Shown piece after piece: positions 1 to 6,902 of a stretch of DNA of 64,000 nucleotides (its first letter is position 1; each line of letters starts with the position of its first letter). The stretch lies in contig JAYTQV010000048.1 in assembly GCA_043746515.1 (NCBI GenBank), forward strand, positions 6,676-70,675. Reading direction: 5' to 3'. The notes below the pieces were generated by a model. It was not told the origin of the DNA. It ran no database searches and saw nothing but the letters and a program-made list of their open reading frames with translations. Source of the DNA: Actinomycetes bacterium (GTDB lineage: Bacteria > Actinomycetota > Actinomycetes > Nanopelagicales > Nanopelagicaceae). Both the position numbers and the translations under genes were made by a program.

Positions 1-2831
1 AAGCGAAATGTCTCTCCTGGATATTTACTTGTAAGCAGCGATTGAACCACTACATCATTCATGAGATTCGCGGCGAATCGTGCATTGAGCCCACCATTAT
101 TTCCTCCACACGCCCCGCACTCATACATGCTGCGAAAAGGCGTATTGGAGGCATCTGCGCCGTGACCGACAAAGATCACTTCCTTGGTGAGCATCGCACT
201 ATGTGCGGTGATAACCGCCAGAATATTTGTTGCGTACTGAAGTTTTTGGGAGTCGGATAAAAATGAAAGATCCATACCCGTTGAGTCAAGCCACCTGGTT
301 GGTTCAAAATATCTATTTAATTTCTTAGATAGTCCTGGTGCAAAGGTGTTGAGCGCGCTCAAGACTCCGTTCACAAGACCAAATCCTTCGGCTATTGCCA
401 GCGCGCCACTTCCGCGCGCGGCATATTTCCATAAGGAAGGAAAATCCCATAGAAAGCGAGACTTTCGATTATCCGTGACCTCTAACGAGGGCGTAAGAAT
501 TATTGGAGCATGTGTATCACGGACGGTGCCGCTCTTCTCCAGATGTGTAAGGCAGAGATCCACCCCAAAGAATCCTGCCATTCCCACAGTGCGGACTCCC
601 GGAATTTGTTCCGCTTGTACTCTAAGGAGATCACTGCGGACATCGATACAGGTCACAATCGAGACTTCATGCTGAAAATCATTCGCAGACGACGTGCTGC
701 TTTTGAGAATTCCTGCCCTTAAATTTTCGGCATAGCTTCTCTCCAAGGCCAATTGCCATACCTTGGCATGAGGAGTCGTTAGAGAATCGCTACGCTCCAA
801 CTCGCTATCGCTGAGAAGAAGTAGTGCCGCCCGTAGGGCTAAGAGCGAAGTTTGCGCTTTAATTCCTAAACCCTTGGCATATGTAAACCACGAGATATCA
901 ATAGAAATGAGCTGCTGTAGGCATCCAAGGATTTGTGAATCTGTAATCTCACCCTGATGCTTCTTGATCAAAAAAGGGAGGATTTGGCACAAAGCATCGA
1001 TCGGTTGAGGTTCCAGTAATTCTCGATATTTATGAGGCAAAGCCTTATGCCACATTTGGTAAGCACCAGAACTGTCTCCTGAATCTCCGTCATACCAACT
1101 TTGAGAACTCCACCAATTGGCGTTTGCCGCTAGAGATTCCTCTGGAGTTGGAAAAGGTGTATCACTCGGCTCGCGCTCTAAATCTTCTAAAACGTGATGC
1201 GCCTTTGCAATGCTAACCAAGGAATCAAACTCAAGGTTTAGATCAGATTCCCGTAAGCATTGAATAATAACTTCAGGGCGAATCAAACCCTGTTCCAGCC
1301 ACGAGAGATACTGCGAAGCGGATGCGTAGAGCGATATCCCGTAACCCCTCGCAATTTCTGCTGCTTCATGAAAATCCATATGGTGTAACCCAACTAGGGA
1401 ATCCTGCGCAACAATTTTAGACAGAGCCATACCTTCGACAAATGGAGCCGATGCAACCTCTACGACCTGGTGCATACTCTCTACCTGTAAATCACTGATC
1501 GATACTTGCTGAAGATTTCTCAGAGCCACGGATAATTTCTTTCGCGAAGGTAGGTACCTGTTCGCCCGTGACGCTATCCGTAGCGTCCACTCTCTAGGAG
1601 TAAATCGCAATGCGTTGGTTATGAAGAGAAGCAGAGCTGACACCAAAACAACTAGAGAAATACCCGGATGTGAAATTTTAGGGAAAAGTTGAGATACAAA
1701 CCATTCCAAGCAGATATAAATAAAGAAGAGGACGGCACTCAAGGAGGCGGATTGTACTAAGAGTCTCTTGGGCAATTTACTGATAAAGATTAACGAACTA
1801 GCGAGTGCGATTGCGAAGATGGATATATTGAGAAGATACTCACTGCCAAGGAAGGCTACAGAAATACCAATTGAAATTGGGTAGATAAAGGCAAGGATTG
1901 TAATCGCCGCGCGGTTCTCCTTGCCCACTGGCAAGGGCATTGCATTCTTCTTTCGAAGTGGTGCACCACCCGCTCGTAGAAAACTCCAGCTTTTGTAACT
2001 ACCGTGTCCGACGATATGAAGGAGAACTATTCCTGGTATCCCCAAGATACCTTCCAGCGCCATGAAGGCCATCTGCATACTTGTGCCGTTGGCAAGTTTT
2101 CCTTTTTCATCATGACGATGGCGCATGATCGAAAGGGAGATCGTAATCGTAAGCAAAGAAACAACGATTATGCCAACCCACGCGCGATGAACTATCGGCA
2201 GGACGATAATAAGGTACCCAAATCCATTGACAATGCCCGCATGCAAAAAAGCAGAGAGGGGGCTAGGCGCTTCGCTCGTAAGAATAAGCCAACGCATTGC
2301 TGGAAATGCTCCACTTCTTATCAGCCCCGAAATCGTAATCAAAATAGCTATTGCGTTGTACAGAGTTGACTTACCTTCTGCCGAACTGTTGATGGCTGCA
2401 AATAATTTTATGTGATGGAAATGAGCCAAAAATAGCGCACCCCAAAAGGCGCTATCTGAAATAAGAAACCAGGTTCCAATTTCAAGGACCGCCCGGCGCG
2501 ACCTGCGGTTGTTTGCGTGATTAACCAAGAATATGGCTCCTAGACCACTTGCGGACCAGCCCACCCCCATGAGAAGTGAATTGGAAGAAGAAAAGAGCAG
2601 GTAAATTCCAAGAGAAGTGACCAATAAAAGCCAGCCAAACCGTTGATACCTCAATTGACCAACGAGGTTCTTCATTGCGAAGGTGGTGATCGTGGCAATC
2701 AAAAGAGAGCTATAGATCAAAAGAGCTAGTCGCAGATGTAATTCTGGATCACCGTGAGTGGAAACCAGCGCATAAAGCGCCAAGAGGCTTACCAGCAGGG
2801 CAATAGATTGGTTGAGGCGGTAGGTAATCAT
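1..2831 (-). CDS. Fusion of a DabB-like NuoL/ND5-type proton-conducting membrane domain with DabA (DUF2309), an inorganic-carbon pump; the C-terminus lies beyond the left window edge
   Basis: Absent from the ORF track because there is no in-window stop. My hand translation from ATG 2831..2829 stays open to position 1 (over 940 codons). The first ~400 aa are polytopic with ND5-type motifs (SPLSAFLHAGIVNGFGYLII; LHIVGHGSYKSWSFL). I re-read the junction 1480-1740 codon by codon and found no stop. The DUF2309-type part follows, including VTCIDVRSD (~637-657) and GHGADASNTPFRSMYECGACGG (~101-160). Confidence 0.75.
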   Translation of the reverse strand, partial: MITYRLNQSIALLVSLLALYALVSTHGDPELHLRLALLIYSSLLIATITTFAMKNLVGQLRYQRFGWLLLVTSLGIYLLFSSSNSLLMGVGWSASGLGAIFLVNHANNRRSRRAVLEIGTWFLISDSAFWGALFLAHFHHIKLFAAINSSAEGKSTLYNAIAILITISGLIRSGAFPAMRWLILTSEAPSPLSAFLHAGIVNGFGYLIIVLPIVHRAWVGIIVVSLLTITISLSIMRHRHDEKGKLANGTSMQMAFMALEGILGIPGIVLLHIVGHGSYKSWSFLRAGGAPLRKKNAMPLPVGKENRAAITILAFIYPISIGISVAFLGSEYLLNISIFAIALASSLIFISKLPKRLLVQSASLSAVLFFIYICLEWFVSQLFPKISHPGISLVVLVSALLLFITNALRFTPREWTLRIASRANRYLPSRKKLSVALRNLQQVSISDLQVESMHQVVEVASAPFVEGMALSKIVAQDSLVGLHHMDFHEAAEIARGYGISLYASASQYLSWLEQGLIRPEVIIQCLRESDLNLEFDSLVSIAKAHHVLEDLEREPSDTPFPTPEESLAANANWWSSQSWYDGDSGDSSGAYQMWHKALPHKYRELLEPQPIDALCQILPFLIKKHQGEITDSQILGCLQQLISIDISWFTYAKGLGIKAQTSLLALRAALLLLSDSELERSDSLTTPHAKVWQLALERSYAENLRAGILKSSTSSANDFQHEVSIVTCIDVRSDLLRVQAEQIPGVRTVGMAGFFGVDLCLTHLEKSGTVRDTHAPIILTPSLEVTDNRKSRFLWDFPSLWKYAARGSGALAIAEGFGLVNGVLSALNTFAPGLSKKLNRYFEPTRWLDSTGMDLSFLSDSQKLQYATNILAVITAHSAMLTKEVIFVGHGADASNTPFRSMYECGACGGNNGGLNARFAANLMNDVVVQSLLTSKYPGETFR

Positions 2832-2860
2832 AGGTAAATTATTGCCTGTATTTAATTACC

Positions 2861-2889
2861 TGTCAAAAAATTCCATATAGCCGTATAAT
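2861..2889 (+). promoter_or_regulatory. Probable promoter giving a leaderless mRNA for the wHTH gene
   Basis: TGTCAA (2861-2866), a 17-nt spacer and TATAAT (2884-2889). The GTG start at 2896 lies 6 nt after the -10 and has no Shine-Dalgarno sequence. Leaderless transcripts are common in actinobacteria. Confidence 0.45.
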
Positions 2890-2895
2890 AAGGGT

Positions 2896-3177
2896 GTGGC
2901 TGGCGGAAAATGGACTCTTCTCTCCAACCACGGCCATGTATTGGTCGCCCTCAGTAAAGATCCAACTTTGCGAATTCGAGACTTGGTGGAGTTAGTTGGT
3001 ATTACCGAGAGGTCGGTCCGAGCCATCATCATGGATCTCCAGGTTGGCGGCTACTTAACAATAAGGAAGATTGGCCGACGCAATGAATATCGGATTAACG
3101 CTGAGATGAATTTTCGCCACCCGGCAGAGGCCACCTACCAAGTTAATGAATTACTAGATATTTTCAAAAGTTCCTAA
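2896..3177 (+). CDS. Small winged-helix (ArsR/MarR-like) transcriptional regulator
   Basis: 93 aa. LRIRDLVELVGITERSVRAIIMDLQVGGYLTIRKIGRRNEY reads as an HTH plus wing. It is divergent from the dab fusion and upstream of the rhodopsin. Confidence 0.6.
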   Translation: MAGGKWTLLSNHGHVLVALSKDPTLRIRDLVELVGITERSVRAIIMDLQVGGYLTIRKIGRRNEYRINAEMNFRHPAEATYQVNELLDIFKSS

Positions 3178-3380
3178 AAACTGGTAGTGCTTTTGCCAAC
3201 TACTTGGAGTTCATTGAGAGCGAGATGAATCTTCGCTGATTTCAAGTGGCAGGCATTACCAAGTGGGTGAATTATTCTCCTTGCCCGTAGCCCGACCCTT
3301 AAGGCTACGAGCCTTTACAAAGTAAGGGTTCGACCGGGCCCCTATAAGACCGGCACCAAATTAGCCCATGGAGGTCTAAG

Positions 3381-4157
3381 TTGCTACAACTATCAAATGG
3401 TCAGTGGAGCTCGTTATTTAACGTGTTCTCCTTTGGTCTAGTTTCGATGCTTGCCTGCACCATCTTTACATTGGTCTCACAAGCCCGGGTGCTACCAAAA
3501 TACCGCAGCGCCCTTGTAATGTCTTCAATGGTCACTTTCATTGCTGGATATCACTACTTCCGTATTTTCAACTCATTCAATGAGGCCTCAATGGCCAATG
3601 GAGTGAAAATAGGAACAGCTCAAGGTTCTTTCAACGAGGCTTACCGTTACGTTGACTGGATTTTGACTGTACCACTGCTTCTTGCAGAGGTTGTAGCTGT
3701 ACTTGGTCTTGCCAAGGCAGCATCTTCATCACTGATTGGTCGCCTTGTCCCTGCATCTGCAGCCATGATTATTCTCGGCTATCCAGGTGAAATCTCAACG
3801 CACAACGGAACTAAGGTTCTCTTCGGTATTCTCTCCACGATTCCATTTATCTACATCCTCTACGTTCTCTTCGTAGAACTCACAAAATCGTTGGATCGTC
3901 AACCAGAAGGCGTCGCGGCAACGGTTTCGCGTCTGCGTCTGCTCTTGGTCGCAACATGGGGCGTCTATCCAATTTCATATCTGCTTCCAATTTTGATTAA
4001 GAATCCATCGGCTTCTCAAGCAGCCGGCCTCTTCGTTGGTCGTCAACTTGGTTATACAATCGCAGACGTACTTGCGAAGTGCGTTTTCGGTCTGACCATC
4101 TACAAGATCGCAAAGATGAAATCTGCAGCAGAAGGCATGAAGGAAGAAGTTCATTAG
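3381..4157 (+). CDS. Actinorhodopsin (xanthorhodopsin/proteorhodopsin-type light-driven H+ pump)
   Basis: 258 aa with 7 TM segments. RYVDWILTVPLLLAEV gives the D/T/E motif (D92, T96, E103), with Leu at the tuning position (D+8), predicting green absorption. ADVLAK carries the Schiff-base Lys. TTG start with GGAGG 7 nt upstream. The retinal genes are adjacent. Confidence 0.9.
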   Translation: MLQLSNGQWSSLFNVFSFGLVSMLACTIFTLVSQARVLPKYRSALVMSSMVTFIAGYHYFRIFNSFNEASMANGVKIGTAQGSFNEAYRYVDWILTVPLLLAEVVAVLGLAKAASSSLIGRLVPASAAMIILGYPGEISTHNGTKVLFGILSTIPFIYILYVLFVELTKSLDRQPEGVAATVSRLRLLLVATWGVYPISYLLPILIKNPSASQAAGLFVGRQLGYTIADVLAKCVFGLTIYKIAKMKSAAEGMKEEVH

Positions 4158-4174
4158 TCTCTCCTCAATTTAAA

Positions 4175-4206
4175 ATAGGCGCCCCGGTTGGGGCGCCTAT
4201 TTTTAT
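4175..4206 (+). terminator. Rho-independent terminator of the rhodopsin gene
   Basis: Perfect 11-bp stem ataggcgcccc / ggggcgcctat with a ggtt loop, followed by ttttat. Confidence 0.85.
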
Positions 4207-4222
4207 CCTATAAAGTTAAGGC

Positions 4223-4465
4223 GTGACGAACTATAGATACGCTGGCTACTTACTAGTGGCTCTGGGATTACTAAATTTTCGATATCACACTGGCCATCCC
4301 CACAATTTTCAGCACTCCATAGTGCTTATAGCCATTCCAGGTTTATTGATTCTAAGTTCTACGTTTACATCCAAAGCAAAACCCTTTCTGCGTTCTAAAG
4401 CTGGGGTTATATTTGTAACTTTGGTTGTTCTCTCAGCAGTGATCTGGGCTGCTATCAATAAATAG
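4223..4465 (+). CDS. Small hypothetical membrane protein (2-3 TM segments)
   Basis: 80-aa ORF with a GTG start and hydrophobic segments. It lies between the rhodopsin terminator and the cyclase genes. I recognise no family. Confidence 0.35.
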   Translation: MTNYRYAGYLLVALGLLNFRYHTGHPHNFQHSIVLIAIPGLLILSSTFTSKAKPFLRSKAGVIFVTLVVLSAVIWAAINK

Positions 4466-4468
4466 TTT

Positions 4469-4786
4469 TTATTTATTATTCTTGGTCCGTTCATTTTCAC
4501 GACGTCCTGTCCATACCCACATCGAGAGAACGCTTAAGATCAGGGAAAATCCGAAGAGCAAATCTTCAATCGGTGCACCGGCCAGCCGACGTCCGATAAT
4601 TGCAGCAGGGTTGTACATGACTATATTGCGATGAGTTAGCCAGTAGTTAGTAATTAATTGGAATGGAAAAATGATCGCATAGCTCGTCCAGAATATTGCC
4701 TTGGTGAGCAATTGGGTACGCGCGATGTAAAGATCAAAAACTAGGGCGAAGAGCACGCTAAAAAGTGCCATATCAGAGTAAATCAC
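4469..4786 (-). CDS. crtYd: Lycopene cyclase domain protein, second subunit of the heterodimeric lycopene beta-cyclase
   Basis: 105 aa, polytopic, with the PIEDLLF motif. It overlaps the upstream subunit by 4 nt. The c/d naming follows gene order only. Confidence 0.75.
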   Translation of the reverse strand: MIYSDMALFSVLFALVFDLYIARTQLLTKAIFWTSYAIIFPFQLITNYWLTHRNIVMYNPAAIIGRRLAGAPIEDLLFGFSLILSVLSMWVWTGRRENERTKNNK

Positions 4787-5133
4787 CGAACATTGCCCCC
4801 GATCTTTTCATCGCCCACCGGCCAGTGCTTCTTCACCGCACGCACTCCTTCAATGGTCATGATCGCGGCTATCGGGACAATGAGGAAAAATAAAAACTCT
4901 TCGAGAGGGATATGGCCGGGACCATAGATCCCAAGAATCTGTTTTCGGTCAAAAAACCAATGGTGCCGTCTAATAGCATATGCATCCCACAGCAAGAAGA
5001 AAAATGCAACAGGAGTGATACTCAGGGCCACCCGCTTAATGCGGACCAGGACGCGAACCTTCAAGACGATTTCCAACCAAAATGAACCTAGAACAGTGAA
5101 TGCTAGCATCGACATATAACTCCACTGCTTCAT
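4783..5133 (-). CDS. crtYc: Lycopene cyclase domain protein, first subunit of the heterodimeric lycopene beta-cyclase
   Basis: 116 aa, polytopic, with the PLEEFLFF motif typical of CrtYc/Yd-type cyclases. Confidence 0.75.
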   Translation of the reverse strand: MKQWSYMSMLAFTVLGSFWLEIVLKVRVLVRIKRVALSITPVAFFFLLWDAYAIRRHHWFFDRKQILGIYGPGHIPLEEFLFFLIVPIAAIMTIEGVRAVKKHWPVGDEKIGGNVR

Positions 5134-5159
5134 GGGATTAATCCTCCTACAATCACATC

Positions 5160-6065
5160 ATGAACGCGACCTTTGCATTAGTGCGCCGATTCTCAACGAT
5201 AGCCGTTTACGCCGCCATTGGGCTTGCGCTCATTTTTCGAGCCTCACTCGGTTCGGACCACATTGGATGGCAAATCGTGATGGCTCTCATCGCCTTGGCA
5301 ATCGGAATTCCACATGGGGCAGTTGATCACCTCATCACTATTCCACGTAGGTCCAAAGGAGCTTTTTATCGATTCATTGTGATTTACATATTAGTGGCGT
5401 TACTAGCGGCCTTCGCCATCCTGCGCTGGAACGTAGTTGGTTTTCAATTAGTGGTTTTGATGAGTGCGCTTCACTTTGGATTTGGTGATGCTGCTTTTCT
5501 CGCCGAATCGGGTGGGCAGAAGATGAATCGAGCGACAGAGGTTGCTTACTCACTCGCCGCTGGAAGTTTGCCAGTTGTTCTTCCCTTGGTTAACAGCAAA
5601 AGCACTTCAGCGCTGGAACATGTGCATCATCAACTCATCAATTGGCAACATGGCTTTACTCAAGGCTTGGAGATTTTGCTCTGGACTCTTGCCGCGATTG
5701 CATCACTACTACTTGTTACTCAACGTCGTTGGAGAGATCTCATCGATCTGATCGCCCTGGCACTCTTAGCGATTGTTGCTCCACCGCTCGTGGCCTTCGC
5801 GGTCTATTTTGGATGTTGGCACGCGGCACGACACACTGCACGACTGACTCTGTTACTGAAGCCAAGTTCCACCCCGCTATGGACAGCTTTCAAAGCTGGT
5901 CTTCCAGCACTTATTGGAACCGCGATTGTTGCAGCAGGACTAGCGATCTTAAGTAAAAATGGATTCTCATCATCGTTACTCTGGTCGCTGCTTGTTGTTA
6001 TTTGGGCGCTAACCGTTCCACACATGGCCACAACAGCTCGCTTTGATATCCAATCACTCAAGTAG
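5160..6065 (+). CDS. blh: Beta-carotene 15,15'-dioxygenase (Brp/Blh family, retinal synthase)
   Basis: 301 aa, polytopic. Conserved His sites are present: GIPHGAVDH, ALHFGFGD and CWHAARH. Confidence 0.85.
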   Translation: MNATFALVRRFSTIAVYAAIGLALIFRASLGSDHIGWQIVMALIALAIGIPHGAVDHLITIPRRSKGAFYRFIVIYILVALLAAFAILRWNVVGFQLVVLMSALHFGFGDAAFLAESGGQKMNRATEVAYSLAAGSLPVVLPLVNSKSTSALEHVHHQLINWQHGFTQGLEILLWTLAAIASLLLVTQRRWRDLIDLIALALLAIVAPPLVAFAVYFGCWHAARHTARLTLLLKPSSTPLWTAFKAGLPALIGTAIVAAGLAILSKNGFSSSLLWSLLVVIWALTVPHMATTARFDIQSLK

Positions 6066-6152
6066 TTCTTTCTCATTTTCACTTTCCGTAAATGAACTAA
6101 TGCAATCTCCGTAAGGAGAACTGACACAGGATTGTTCTGCTATTTTTAGATT

Positions 6153-6884
6153 ATGAATTCAAAAAAATATGCTTTAGTGACAGGAGCTGGTGGAGGAATT
6201 GGATACGCCATCTCAGCAAAATTGCAGGATTTGGGGTACTCCCTCATACTTGTGGATAACCGAGAGGAGCATCTTCAAAAAGCCAAAAGCTCAATTCCGG
6301 AATCGGTGAGTTACTCATGCGATATCAAAACCGAAGACTCAATCGTAGGTCTAGTTAGTTTTGTGAAGGGGCTAAACGCTGATTTGGAGATTGTTGTCAA
6401 TGCGGCAGGAGTCTTCTTTGAGCATGATGTCACCTCACTCAGTGAATCAGATTACGACCTGGTAATGGATGTAAATGTAAAAGGCACCTTCTTGATCTCA
6501 AAGCATTTCATACCCGAGCTCGAAAAGAACAAGGTCTCGCACCTCATCAATATTTCTTCAACTGCTGGCCTGCGAGGTAGCACCAATCGTGCTGTTTATT
6601 CAGCCTCGAAAGCTGCGGTCATCATGCTCACTAAATCGATCGCGAGAGATCATGGACCTAAGGGCTTGCGCGCGAATGTCATCTGTCCAGGCCTCATTGA
6701 TACGCCTATGGCCGACTGGATTAGGCTCGATGCAGAGCGGTTGAACGAATGGGAGAAGACAGTGCCTTCCCAACGAATTGGAACTCCGCAGGACATCGCT
6801 GGAGCTGTTGAATTCCTGATTTCAGAGAACGCTTCTTATGTGCAGGGGCATGCTTTGATAGTTGATGGTGGAGGAACCGCTTAG
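6153..6884 (+). CDS. Short-chain dehydrogenase/reductase (SDR)
   Basis: TGAGGGIG cofactor motif; NISS and YSASKAA catalytic motifs. Confidence 0.85.
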   Translation: MNSKKYALVTGAGGGIGYAISAKLQDLGYSLILVDNREEHLQKAKSSIPESVSYSCDIKTEDSIVGLVSFVKGLNADLEIVVNAAGVFFEHDVTSLSESDYDLVMDVNVKGTFLISKHFIPELEKNKVSHLINISSTAGLRGSTNRAVYSASKAAVIMLTKSIARDHGPKGLRANVICPGLIDTPMADWIRLDAERLNEWEKTVPSQRIGTPQDIAGAVEFLISENASYVQGHALIVDGGGTA

Positions 6885-6902
6885 CAACAGCTATAAAATG
6901 GT

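Noticed and set aside
42-2415. Plus-strand ORFs 42..260, 346..675, 510..722, 2004..2369 and 2227..2415
   Set aside because: All lie antisense to, or out of frame within, the long minus-strand Dab fusion ORF. They have low-complexity, Arg/Ser/Cys-rich translations and no recognisable motifs.
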